From Desulfobacterales bacterium (GTDB lineage Bacteria > Desulfobacterota > Desulfovibrionia > Desulfovibrionales > Desulfothermaceae), in assembly GCA_027064715.1 (NCBI GenBank), contig JAMOPG010000233.1, positions 1,694 through 65,693 of the forward strand: 64,000 nt of DNA, written 5' to 3'. The translations under genes and the position numbers were made by a program. Numbering within the stretch: position 1 is the stretch's first letter; every line of letters begins with the position of its first letter. The notes beneath the pieces were generated by a model. It did no database searches. It was not told where the DNA came from and was given only the letters and a program-made list of their open reading frames with translations. This document shows, in pieces, positions 38,741-48,613 of the stretch.

Positions 38741-39412
38741 TTACCAATCATAGACATTTCTTATTCGTCCAAATTCAGATCCTATATATCCTCTTAAGAT
38801 TGGTGCAAAAATTATATGTGATAATTTGGTAATGGGTATTAAAATAATTAGAAGCTCACTTAACAATATGTGAGTGCAAATAAAAAATTTATAATTAATG
38901 AATTGATGGTAAGAAACAAAACCTGTAAAAAGTACTAAGAAGCACAAACATATCAAAAAATAATCTTGAAAAGTACTTATATATCTTATTTTTTTGTCTA
39001 TTATTCTTCTTATAAAAAGATAAGCAGCAGAAATCAAACCCACAACTGTGAATATATCTGATATAGTTTCTGATAATGTAAAATAACTTATTCCCCATGA
39101 CATTCGTATTAGTATTACATGTGCTGTTAAAAAGATTGGTATAAGAAAAATAGATATGTGAAATAGGATAGTAGCTATTGTGAAGGGAATATTTTGTCGC
39201 CAACTTTTTGCTAAAAAAAGAATATTCCATGCAACAATAGATCTAAATGCATAACCTATATGATAATACCTCAATACTTCTGGATCTTTATTTTTAGATA
39301 GAAAGAAAAAATATAAAATTTTTATAATAAATCCTATAATTAATATGCTAAATGATATCCATGCCATAGGACCTATTAAAAAGCTATAAATGATGTTCAT
39401 AACAGTCTCCAT
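38741..39412 (-). CDS. DsrM/NarI-like integral membrane (heme b-type) subunit
   Basis: 223 aa with about 5-6 TM segments and conserved-looking histidines in TM helices (LFHISIF, TAHVIL, CTHILL, KLSHII). It is coupled to the HdrD/DsrK-like gene. Confidence 0.6.
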   Translation of the reverse strand: METVMNIIYSFLIGPMAWISFSILIIGFIIKILYFFFLSKNKDPEVLRYYHIGYAFRSIVAWNILFLAKSWRQNIPFTIATILFHISIFLIPIFLTAHVILIRMSWGISYFTLSETISDIFTVVGLISAAYLFIRRIIDKKIRYISTFQDYFLICLCFLVLFTGFVSYHQFINYKFFICTHILLSELLIILIPITKLSHIIFAPILRGYIGSEFGRIRNVYDW

Positions 39413-40746
39413 TAAAGTTTTTTTATAAGTTGAGTGAGTTTATTATTTATTATTCCCCACACGATTAGATAATCTTCTACAAAAATAGGTTCAAATATAT
39501 GGTTAAACTTAACATCAAGAATATTATTATCCACTAATACGAAATAATATTCATCCTTTTTTATACACGCCACAAAATGTCTACTTGATTTAGAGAATTT
39601 TGGATAAAGGACTTTTTGGACACATCCTGTTATTTCCTGATCATTTAATATCAACTTTCTCTTGGGTTCTGGGATGATTTTGTTTAGTTTTAGACAGGGA
39701 TAGTGAGTTTGGACAACAGCTAATACCTTAGAGCCATCTGGACTAATCACAACATCTTCTATTAGTGGGAAATTTTTTCTCCAAAATGATCCATTTACAC
39801 ATATAGTGAATTTACCGAATTTTTTTGAACAAATTAATGCTAGAGTCTCTCCATTTTCACTAATCTTAATATCTAAAAGCTGAATAAAAGGCACATCCAA
39901 AAATTTTTCTCCATTTAAATACAAAAACCACCATTTTCCATCTCTTACAGGAACATAAAGTTCATTCTTTTTTTGTGGATGAAATCTAGGGTACCAGGCA
40001 AGATCAAATTCCTTTGGCCAATGAGTATCATTTTGTAGAATCAAAAACCTTTTCCCTTCATTTCTAGCAACAGCAGCAACATTTTCTCCCGTTTTATCCA
40101 TTGCTGGATATTTTATGGTGTAAAAAACAGAATTAATAGGTATACCATTTTTCACCAGACCAAATGTCCCTTTATTAAAGGCTAACACATCCTTTTCTTC
40201 AACTTGAACTAGTCTGCATATCCCCAATGTTGTGTCTGAGTTTTGTGCTAGGAGAAAATTTGACCCATCAGCGTAGAAATTAGGCCACTCTTTATTGTCA
40301 ACAATCATTCCACATCCAATATCCTTTTTTATAGCGGCAGCATAAGAACCACTACTATTAAATTGAAGATCCCAAATAAATTCATACTCACCAATTTGTT
40401 CTCCATTTTTGAATATAAACCATGATCCCATATTAGAAGCTAGCAAAAAGATTTCTCCTTTGGGAGAAATTTGAAGATTCCACGCATTATCAAATTTATC
40501 TGAATTTCCACATCTGATGGAAACATTGTTGTAAGAATATACTATCAAGGCATTCTCAAATGTATCTGAGTCTTCATACTCTCCATTTTCCATCAAAAGG
40601 TAACACGCCTCATCAATATCATATAAAAGAATTACAAATTTGTTGTGTTCTGGACTGACTTTGATAGAATTTATTTTATATCTGTTTAGATCTATCACAC
40701 TTATATCAAACAATGTTTTTGTCTCTATATTCTCAAGAAATTCCAT
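39412..40746 (-). CDS. Repeat protein (WG-repeat / beta-propeller-like), function unknown
   Basis: A recurrent ~45-50 aa unit, for example ISPKGEIFLLASNMGSWFIFKNGEQIGEYE, DGKWWFLYLNGEKFLDVPF and ISENGETLALICSKKFGKFTICVNGSFW. Its stop overlaps the next start (TAATG at 39410-39414). AGGAG precedes the ATG at 40746; the ORF is open from a TTG at 40794. Confidence 0.6.
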   Translation of the reverse strand: MEFLENIETKTLFDISVIDLNRYKINSIKVSPEHNKFVILLYDIDEACYLLMENGEYEDSDTFENALIVYSYNNVSIRCGNSDKFDNAWNLQISPKGEIFLLASNMGSWFIFKNGEQIGEYEFIWDLQFNSSGSYAAAIKKDIGCGMIVDNKEWPNFYADGSNFLLAQNSDTTLGICRLVQVEEKDVLAFNKGTFGLVKNGIPINSVFYTIKYPAMDKTGENVAAVARNEGKRFLILQNDTHWPKEFDLAWYPRFHPQKKNELYVPVRDGKWWFLYLNGEKFLDVPFIQLLDIKISENGETLALICSKKFGKFTICVNGSFWRKNFPLIEDVVISPDGSKVLAVVQTHYPCLKLNKIIPEPKRKLILNDQEITGCVQKVLYPKFSKSSRHFVACIKKDEYYFVLVDNNILDVKFNHIFEPIFVEDYLIVWGIINNKLTQLIKKL

Positions 40747-40766
40747 TTTTTGCTCCTGGTATTTGT

Positions 40767-40782
40767 TGCAAAATGTGTTCCT
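40767..40782 (-). promoter_or_regulatory. Candidate sigma-54 promoter for the repeat-protein/DsrMK-like operon
   Basis: The minus strand reads AGGAAC-acatt-TTGCA, with correct GG/GC spacing, an exact -12 TTGCA and two mismatches in the -24 hexamer. It lies 20 nt upstream of the ATG at 40746, so the leader would be very short. Confidence 0.35.
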
Positions 40783-40919
40783 ACACACGCTCAATTATAT
40801 TTTATAGCTATTTAATGTTATATGAAAGATAATTTTTTAACGTCAGCTATAGCGGAAAGATTCGCCTTCATAAGCAACCTTAGCTCTGAAGACAAAATGA
40901 TTTAAATCATGATTTCCTC

Positions 40920-42128
40920 CTAAATAATTACTTCCCTGTCTCTTATTCCTAAGAAATATAAGATGGCATCTAGGCCCACATTGGTTAAGGATTGTTTTGC
41001 ACCCTCTCTTACAACTGGTTTTGCTCTAAAGGCTATTCCAAGGCCTGCCAGGTTTAACATGGGCAGATCATTTGCACCATCACCAACAGCTATTACCTGC
41101 TCAAGGGATATGTTTTCTTTTTCAGCAATGTGTTTTAAAATCTCTGCCTTTTTCTTTCCATCTATGATTTCACCAACTACTTTTCCTGTGAGAACCCCAT
41201 CCCTGATTTCAAGCTCATTGGCAAATACATAATCAATACCGAGCTTTTTTTTTAGATAATTTCCAAAATATGTAAATCCCCCTGAAATTATGGCTATTTT
41301 ATATCCCAGAACTTTGAGATTCTTAATCAATTTTTCAGCACCATCATTAAGTGGCAGGGTTGATGCTACTTCTTCTAAAACCTCAACTGGAAGTCCTTTT
41401 AATAAAGATACCCTTTTTTCAAGGCTTTGTTTAAAGTCTAACTCGCCCCTCATTGCCTTTTCTGTAATCTGTTTTACCTTATCACCAACCCCCTTTCGTT
41501 TTGCAAGTTCATCAATCACTTCTGTTCTAATCAATGTGGAATCCATGTCAAATGCAATGAGTCTTCTATGCCTTCTATATGGTGTATCCTCTTGAATACC
41601 AACCTCAATATTTTGGTATTGAGACAACATAAGGAGCTTTTTTCTTATTGAAGTTATATCAATCTGTGGGCCCTCTAATGTCATTTCTATGCAACTTAAG
41701 CCCTCACTTTTTTTTGAAGAAAACTTGGGTGCAGACAATCTTTCAATAGATATCACTTGTAGGTTTTCGTTAAAAACCAAGTCAATTAGTAAAGATAGAT
41801 GTGTTGTGGTTATGTTCTGGGCAAGGGCAGTAATTATATATCTTTTTATATCTAGAATATGATCAAAATTAATTATAGATGAGTTAAGATCCACAAAATT
41901 GATATGTAAGCCTAATTTATAACATGTATATAGAAGTTCTTTGAAAAAGACATCCTTATTTACTAACTCAGGAATTTCTATCAAGATTTTTATGGTGAGA
42001 TCTTGAAAAATTACAACTTCATTAATGTCTAAAACAACACATTTAAATAAATTTAAGGTATCAGTTATTTTTTTAAGAGTATCAAGATTGTTTTTTCCAC
42101 TAATACTTATTAAGTATCTATTTTCCAT
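40920..42128 (-). CDS. serB: Phosphoserine phosphatase with N-terminal ACT-like domains
   Basis: HAD motifs FDMDSTLI, SGGF and GDGANDLPML. Confidence 0.85.
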   Translation of the reverse strand: MENRYLISISGKNNLDTLKKITDTLNLFKCVVLDINEVVIFQDLTIKILIEIPELVNKDVFFKELLYTCYKLGLHINFVDLNSSIINFDHILDIKRYIITALAQNITTTHLSLLIDLVFNENLQVISIERLSAPKFSSKKSEGLSCIEMTLEGPQIDITSIRKKLLMLSQYQNIEVGIQEDTPYRRHRRLIAFDMDSTLIRTEVIDELAKRKGVGDKVKQITEKAMRGELDFKQSLEKRVSLLKGLPVEVLEEVASTLPLNDGAEKLIKNLKVLGYKIAIISGGFTYFGNYLKKKLGIDYVFANELEIRDGVLTGKVVGEIIDGKKKAEILKHIAEKENISLEQVIAVGDGANDLPMLNLAGLGIAFRAKPVVREGAKQSLTNVGLDAILYFLGIRDREVII

Positions 42129-42130
42129 AT

Positions 42131-43660
42131 TTACAAATATCCAATCTTATTTGTTAAACTGTGCTTAATAATTTCTTGAACAAGATCTGGTATTGTATAA
42201 TTTTCTGGTATTACATGGGAGTCAAAGCCATGTTCTTTCAACGTATTGGCTGTTATTGGACCAATACATGCAAATTTTATTTTTGGGTTATGTTTGATTA
42301 AATCTGTTGGTATTAATTTAAAGAAATTTTTGACAGTTGATGAACTTGTAAATGTCACATAGTCAATCATATTGTTTTTTATCATTTCAATGACAGTGTC
42401 TTTATCTTGAGATCCTAAAACAGTCTTATAAACTGGCACAACATTCACTTTAGCCCCAAGTCTTTTTAACTCATCAGGCAGTATCTTTCTTGCTTCAAGA
42501 GCCCTTGGTATAAGGATATTTTTTGAGGCTATATCATCCTTTCCCAAGGCTTCAATAATGGATTCTGCAACGTATTTTGGAGGAACTAGATCAGGGATAA
42601 TAGAGTAGTGTCTGATTTTGTTTGCAGTGGCTGGTCCAATGGCACATATTTTTGTATTATAAAGGGCCCTTGAGTCCAGACCTTTTTCAAAGAGTTTTTT
42701 AAAAAATATCTCAACACTATTAACTGAGGTAAAAATGATCCAGTCATATAAATGAAGTCTTTCAAATTCCTTATAAAGATGAGAATAATCTTCCAATGGC
42801 ACAATCTCTATTGTTGGGAACTGGATAACACAGGCACCATTTTCTGAAAGCATAGATACAAGGTCACTGGCCTGTGCTCTGGACCTTGTAATAACAATGT
42901 TTTTCCCTAAAAGTGGCCTTTTTTCAAACCAATCTAATTTAGGTTTTAATTTAACCACATCCCCTACAATCAAAAGTGCAGGTGGAGAGATTTTATTTTT
43001 TTTTGCATCCTCATAGATGTTTTTTAAAGTAGATGTAATGGATCTTTGTTTACATGTTGTACCCCACTGTATCAATGCAGCAGGCATATCAGGGGAAAGA
43101 CCAGCTTTTATTAGGTTGTTTGTAATATTTGGAAGGTTTTTAACTCCCATGAAAAATACCAAAGTGGAGGCTGATCTAGCCAGTTTGTCCCACTCTAACA
43201 CAGATTCTTTTTTTGTCTCAGATTCGTGCCCTGTAACCAAGGTCACTGAAGAAGAAAAATCTCTATGGGTTAAGGGTATTCCTGCATATGCAGTAGCAGC
43301 TACTGCTGATGTAACACCAGGGACCACCTCAAATTCTATATGGTTATCAACTAAATAAGCTGCCTCTTCACCGCCTCTTCCAAATATGTAAGGATCTCCT
43401 CCTTTAAGTCTAACTACTACATCATATTTTTTTGCAAGTGTTACAAGAAGCTCATTTATTTCCTCTTGTTTAAGTGTATGATCTCCACCTTTTTTCCCTG
43501 CATAAATTATATGACATTCAGGCTTAGTCCATTCTAAAAATACTTCATTGGCAAGATAGTCATAGACTATGGCATCTGCCTTTTGAATTAATTTTTTTGC
43601 TTTTAAAGTATAAAGGCCACAATCTCCTGGCCCTGCTCCAACTAAAAAGACCTTTCCCAT
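42131..43660 (-). CDS. cobA: Bifunctional uroporphyrinogen-III C-methyltransferase / uroporphyrinogen-III synthase
   Basis: N-terminal SUMT motifs (VFLVGAGPGD, RLKGGDPYIFGRGGEE), followed by a HemD-like C-terminal half of about 250 aa. Confidence 0.88.
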   Translation of the reverse strand: MGKVFLVGAGPGDCGLYTLKAKKLIQKADAIVYDYLANEVFLEWTKPECHIIYAGKKGGDHTLKQEEINELLVTLAKKYDVVVRLKGGDPYIFGRGGEEAAYLVDNHIEFEVVPGVTSAVAATAYAGIPLTHRDFSSSVTLVTGHESETKKESVLEWDKLARSASTLVFFMGVKNLPNITNNLIKAGLSPDMPAALIQWGTTCKQRSITSTLKNIYEDAKKNKISPPALLIVGDVVKLKPKLDWFEKRPLLGKNIVITRSRAQASDLVSMLSENGACVIQFPTIEIVPLEDYSHLYKEFERLHLYDWIIFTSVNSVEIFFKKLFEKGLDSRALYNTKICAIGPATANKIRHYSIIPDLVPPKYVAESIIEALGKDDIASKNILIPRALEARKILPDELKRLGAKVNVVPVYKTVLGSQDKDTVIEMIKNNMIDYVTFTSSSTVKNFFKLIPTDLIKHNPKIKFACIGPITANTLKEHGFDSHVIPENYTIPDLVQEIIKHSLTNKIGYL

Positions 43661-43675
43661 ATCTTGTCCTTTTAT

Positions 43676-46327
43676 CTAATAAAATGATTTAATCTTACCT
43701 ATAAGCACTCTTATCTTACTTATCTTTTCTTCTATCTCTTCTTTTTTGCTTTTTTCTTTTTCAACAATCTCTTTTGGGGCCTTGTTTAAGAAGTTTTCAT
43801 TTTTAAGTTTTGATTCTACCTTTTTTAACTCTTTCTCTATTTTTGCAAGTTGCTTGTTTAATCTCTCTAATTCTTTATTAAAATTAATAATTTCACCTAA
43901 AGGAACAAAAAATTCACATCCTTCAACCACAAAACTGGCGCATCCTTTTGGGATTTCAGGATTATCACTTAATATTAAGTTGTTCACTCTGGCGAGCTGT
44001 TTTACAATTTCTTTGTTTTGATGGAGAAATTCCAAATGTTCTTTGTCAACTTTGCCAATAACATCTACAAATTGTCCAGGAGAAAGTTCAAATTCGCTCT
44101 TTATATTTCTCACTCCAATAACAACATCCTGGAAGAACTTCATTTTTTCATCTAATTTATCATCTTCAAATTGTGGTCTATTTTCAGGATATCTTACTTT
44201 GCTCAAATCTTTTTCTTTTATCCCAGGTATAAGTGTGTATATATGTTGAGTGATAAAAGGAATAAATGGATGCATGAGTATTAATATTTCAGAAAAGACC
44301 TTTACAAGGCAATTTCTTGCCCTTGTTTTTACATCTTGATCATCACTGTATAGTTCCTTTTTTATCATCTCTAAATACCAATCACAAAATATATGCCAGA
44401 AAAATTGATATAATAGTTGGGCTGCTTCATTGAAAAAATATCCCTCTAAAGTCCGATCTAATTCTTTTTTTACATGTTCTATTGCATGTAATATGTATTT
44501 GTGTGGAAAACTCAATTTTTCATAATCTATATTATCAGGATCTGTATCTTCATCAACATTCATAAGGATCAACCTGCTTGCATTCCATATCTTGTTTATA
44601 AAGTGTTTATATCCTTCAATTCTCGCTTCAGATAATTTTATATCCCTTCCCATTGCAGCAAATGAAGTAAGAGTAAATCTTAAGGCATCAGCTCCATATT
44701 TATCTATCATGTCAAGGGGATCTATTACATTGCCAATAGATTTACTCATTTTTTTTCCATGTTCATCTCTCACCAATGCATGAATGTATACGTGTTTAAA
44801 AGGCACCTCATTCATAAAATGAAGACCCATCATCATCATTCTTGCAACCCAGAAGAAGATAATATCAAATCCAGTAACTAAAAGGGATGTGGGATAATAT
44901 ACATGTAATTCTTTTGTATCATCAGGCCATCCTAAAGTTGAAAAGGGCCACAGGGCAGATGAAAACCAAGTATCAAGCACATCTTCTTCCTGGATTATAT
45001 TTTTTGAACCACACTTTGGGCATCTACTTAAATCTGACGTGGAGACACTTATTTCATTACAATCTTCACATGTCCATGCAGGTATCCTATGCCCCCACCA
45101 GATCTGGCGAGAAATACACCAATCCCGTATATTATCAAGCCATTCAAAATATGTTTTTGTCCAGGATTCAGGGAAAAATTTGGTCCTTCCTTGTAAAACA
45201 GCCTCTTTTGCTGGATGTGCAAGGGGTTTGGTCTTCACAAACCACTGTTTAGACACCAGTGGCTCTATAATGCTTTTGCACCTATAACAGTGACCAACAG
45301 CATGAGTTATATCTTCTATCTTTTCAAGGAGTCCAAGTTCTTTTAAATCCTTTACCACCTTTTCCCTGCACTCAAATCTATCCAATCCCTTGTAATTTTC
45401 TCCTGCTTTTTCCGTCATTCTGCCACTTTCATCTATGACCTTGATTAGATCAAGATTGTGTTTTCTCCCTATTTCAAAGTCATTGGGATCATGGCCAGGG
45501 GTGACTTTAAGGCATCCAGTTCCAAATTCCATATCAACATAACTGTCTGCAATAACAGGTATTATCCTGTTTGTTAGAGGAAGTTTTATCTGTTTGCCAA
45601 TATATTTTTTATATCTCTCATCCCCTGGATTTACACATACTGCTGTATCTCCAAGCATTGTTTCTGGTCTTGTGGTGGCAACTACTAAAAAATCATCTGA
45701 CTCAAGAAGAGGGTATTTTATATAATATAATTTTCCTGGGGATTCTTTATGTTCCACTTCTAAATCAGCAAGGGCAGTATGGCACCTTGGACACCAATTG
45801 ATCATGTAATCCCCTTTGTAGATAAGCCCCTCATTGTACAGCCTAACAAAGACCTCTCTCACTGCCCTTGACAATCCTTCATCCATGGTAAATCTGAGTC
45901 TTGTCCAATCAACTGAAGCACCAAGGGACTTAATCTGATTTAATATCTTGCCCCCATACTCTTCTTTCCACTTCCATACCCTTTCAATGAATTTCTCTCT
46001 ACCCAATTTTTCCCGAGTAAGCCCCTCTTTTGCTATTGCCCGCTCCACCACATTTTGTGTGGCAATACCTGCATGGTCTGTTCCTGGCACCCACAACACA
46101 TTATAGCCTTTTAATCTTTTATATCTGCACATTATGTCCTGAAGTGTAATATTTAATGCATGTCCCATGTGCAGGGTTCCTGTGACATTTGGAGGAGGGA
46201 TTACTATTGAAAATGCAGGGGCTTTTTTTTCTGGATCTGCCCTATAAGTATTTTCTTTTTCCCATCTTTGGATCCATATCTGTTCAATTTCTTTCGGTTC
46301 ATATCCCTTATCTAACATCTGTGTCAT
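43676..46327 (-). CDS. valS: Valine--tRNA ligase
   Basis: HIGH motif (PPNVTGTLHMGHA), KMSKS motif, and a C-terminal coiled coil. Confidence 0.95.
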   Translation of the reverse strand: MTQMLDKGYEPKEIEQIWIQRWEKENTYRADPEKKAPAFSIVIPPPNVTGTLHMGHALNITLQDIMCRYKRLKGYNVLWVPGTDHAGIATQNVVERAIAKEGLTREKLGREKFIERVWKWKEEYGGKILNQIKSLGASVDWTRLRFTMDEGLSRAVREVFVRLYNEGLIYKGDYMINWCPRCHTALADLEVEHKESPGKLYYIKYPLLESDDFLVVATTRPETMLGDTAVCVNPGDERYKKYIGKQIKLPLTNRIIPVIADSYVDMEFGTGCLKVTPGHDPNDFEIGRKHNLDLIKVIDESGRMTEKAGENYKGLDRFECREKVVKDLKELGLLEKIEDITHAVGHCYRCKSIIEPLVSKQWFVKTKPLAHPAKEAVLQGRTKFFPESWTKTYFEWLDNIRDWCISRQIWWGHRIPAWTCEDCNEISVSTSDLSRCPKCGSKNIIQEEDVLDTWFSSALWPFSTLGWPDDTKELHVYYPTSLLVTGFDIIFFWVARMMMMGLHFMNEVPFKHVYIHALVRDEHGKKMSKSIGNVIDPLDMIDKYGADALRFTLTSFAAMGRDIKLSEARIEGYKHFINKIWNASRLILMNVDEDTDPDNIDYEKLSFPHKYILHAIEHVKKELDRTLEGYFFNEAAQLLYQFFWHIFCDWYLEMIKKELYSDDQDVKTRARNCLVKVFSEILILMHPFIPFITQHIYTLIPGIKEKDLSKVRYPENRPQFEDDKLDEKMKFFQDVVIGVRNIKSEFELSPGQFVDVIGKVDKEHLEFLHQNKEIVKQLARVNNLILSDNPEIPKGCASFVVEGCEFFVPLGEIINFNKELERLNKQLAKIEKELKKVESKLKNENFLNKAPKEIVEKEKSKKEEIEEKISKIRVLIGKIKSFY

Positions 46328-46448
46328 ATCTATTTTTCTCCTGTATCATTTTATTATAGAAAATATAGAAAACATTTGGTAAATTAGGAATATTTGATAT
46401 AAAAATAGTTTAAAAACCCAAAATGTATCTTTGTCAAGGGAGAGTAAT

Positions 46449-47285
46449 ATGATTATTGATGCCCATGTGCACATATGTCCTGATGAAGTTAGAAAAAACA
46501 GGGAAAAGTTTTTAGATAATGAGCCTGAATTTGCAGTAATCTATAAGGATCCCAAGGCAAAATTAATTGGAGTAGAGGAGCTCATTGCAAACATGGATGA
46601 GGATGGGGTGCAAAAATCTGTTGTGTTCGGATTTCCCTGGAGAAATGAGGCAAATTATAGATTAAATAATGATTATGTATTAGATGCACACAAGAGATAC
46701 CCAGACAGGATAATTCCCTTTTGTTGCTTTAGTTTAGAGGCAAAGAATATAGAAAAAGAGGCTGAAAGATGCTTAAGTTTAGGTGCAAAGGGAGTAGGGG
46801 AGGTTGCCTTTTACACAAAAGATCTAGGAAAGATGGAGAGATGTATCCTTGGAAGATTGGCAAAACTATGCCGTGATCAAGGGGTTCCAATACTTTTGCA
46901 TACCAATGAACCTGTAGGGCATTATTATCTAGGAAAGGCCCCCATGACTTTAAGAAACCTCTATTTACTTATAAAAGAGAATAGAAAGACAAAGTGGATA
47001 CTTGCTCACCTTGGGGGGGGCCTTCCTTTTTTTGGTTTCATGAAAAAAGAGGTACAAGAGGTCCTTACAAATTGTTGGTTTGATACTGCTGCCATGCTTT
47101 ATCTTTATAAAAAAGAGGCCTTAAAGGTGATGTGTGAAGCTGTTGGAATAGATAAATTTGTTTTTGGGTCTGATTATCCATTGATCTCTCCTAAAAGATA
47201 TTTTAATGAGTTTGGATCACTTGAATTTTTATCTAGTGAGCTTGATAAAATCTTGGGAAAAAATTTTTTACATATATATAAATAA
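46449..47285 (+). CDS. Amidohydrolase-family (TIM-barrel metal-dependent hydrolase) protein
   Basis: N-terminal IIDAHVHI metal-binding motif, a later HLGGG and a C-terminal GSDYP. AGGGAGAG precedes the ATG at 46449; the ORF is open from 46431. Confidence 0.75.
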   Translation: MIIDAHVHICPDEVRKNREKFLDNEPEFAVIYKDPKAKLIGVEELIANMDEDGVQKSVVFGFPWRNEANYRLNNDYVLDAHKRYPDRIIPFCCFSLEAKNIEKEAERCLSLGAKGVGEVAFYTKDLGKMERCILGRLAKLCRDQGVPILLHTNEPVGHYYLGKAPMTLRNLYLLIKENRKTKWILAHLGGGLPFFGFMKKEVQEVLTNCWFDTAAMLYLYKKEALKVMCEAVGIDKFVFGSDYPLISPKRYFNEFGSLEFLSSELDKILGKNFLHIYK

Positions 47286-47296
47286 AAGGGTCTGTT

Positions 47297-48613
47297 ATGA
47301 GGGAGATAATGATTGGAGATAAGGAAATTATTTTGGTGCCTCCAGGAAGATATGTGGTGAGCAATAATATAGGTAGTGTTTTGAGTGCGTCATTGGGACC
47401 ATGTGTTGGGGTCGGTATGGTTGACAAACAGAGACCTGTTGGTGGCCTAGCCCATGTCCTTATACATCACACTCAAAAGATTGGCTTAGATGACTGTATA
47501 TTTGGGGATGAAGTAGTTTCTGTTTTGACTGAAGAAATGGAAAGATTAGGAGCAAAGAGGGAGTCAATTATTGCGGGGATAGCAGGTGGAATTATTTTAG
47601 ATACTCCTTGGGGAAATGATTTAGCAGTAAATACTATAGAACTTATCAAAGAGAATTTAAAAAAACTCAAAATTGAGCTGGCATTCATAGAACCCATTGA
47701 ACATTTAAAATACTCTTTTATTGTGGATGTTGGTCTTAAGACAATGGGATGTATGAATCTTTTTGAGGAACCAGTCAAAGATTATGAAAAAAAGGATATA
47801 GATGAAATTTCAATAAAAGAAGCAATCGAGAAAATAAAACCTATACCTCATGTGATTAGTAAAGTGGTAACCACGATAGGTCAGCCTTATTACAATATGT
47901 CTGAGATTGCAGAAGAACTCAAAAAAGATGATGTAATTGTTGCAAGACTTTTAAAATATTGTAACTCATCTGTATTTTCTCCAAAGCAAAAAATAGATTC
48001 TGTGGAAAAAGCTGTGATTTTTTTGGGAAGTAAAAATCTTCTCAATGTAATTTTACGGGTTTATTTGATGGGATTTTATAGGGAGTCAGCCTATGAACTT
48101 CAACCACAGGGAATGTATAACCATTCCCTTGCTGTTGGCATGATATCTCAAAAATTATGTGAAAGATTGGGTATGCCTCAAGATGTTGGTTTTACATGTG
48201 GGCTTTTACATGATATTGGCAAAAAGGTCTTAGATGAGCTAGTGAAAAATAATAAAAAGAAATATTATGAGGAGGTAAGTAAAGGTAGAGATTCAGTGGA
48301 TGTTGAGAGGGAAATGTTTAAAGTGGACCATTGTTTTTTGGGCACATATTTGGGTAAGATGTGGAATTTTCCTGATATAATTTTAAAGGTGTTAGAAGGA
48401 CACCATAGAGTCTCAAAAGATTCAGAACAAATGGTAAAGATCGTTTTTTTGGCTGATATTTTGGCTCATTATATTCTCCCTGGAATAGTGGTTGGAATGC
48501 CATCTGCTAAGAATTTTGATCAAATACTTAAGAATATAGGACTTGGTCATAGTGATCTTGTGGAGATAATACAAAACTTACCCATTACTATGTTCACAAA
48601 TGAAGAAATTTAG
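47297..48613 (+). CDS. CheD-like domain fused to an HDOD domain
   Basis: The N-terminal ~160 aa has LGPCVGVGMVD and GGLAHVL, like the CheD Cys/His region. The C-terminal part has HSLAVGMISQKL and CGLLHDIGKKVL, typical of HDOD. Confidence 0.7.
   Translation: MREIMIGDKEIILVPPGRYVVSNNIGSVLSASLGPCVGVGMVDKQRPVGGLAHVLIHHTQKIGLDDCIFGDEVVSVLTEEMERLGAKRESIIAGIAGGIILDTPWGNDLAVNTIELIKENLKKLKIELAFIEPIEHLKYSFIVDVGLKTMGCMNLFEEPVKDYEKKDIDEISIKEAIEKIKPIPHVISKVVTTIGQPYYNMSEIAEELKKDDVIVARLLKYCNSSVFSPKQKIDSVEKAVIFLGSKNLLNVILRVYLMGFYRESAYELQPQGMYNHSLAVGMISQKLCERLGMPQDVGFTCGLLHDIGKKVLDELVKNNKKKYYEEVSKGRDSVDVEREMFKVDHCFLGTYLGKMWNFPDIILKVLEGHHRVSKDSEQMVKIVFLADILAHYILPGIVVGMPSAKNFDQILKNIGLGHSDLVEIIQNLPITMFTNEEI

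Noticed and set aside
40895-40919. 12-nt perfect palindrome AAATCATGATTT after serB, and a GGAGG-ATG-ATT-TAA mini-ORF.
   Set aside because: It is an AT-only stem with no T-tract, and a 2-codon ORF is not meaningful. Probably chance in AT-rich DNA.
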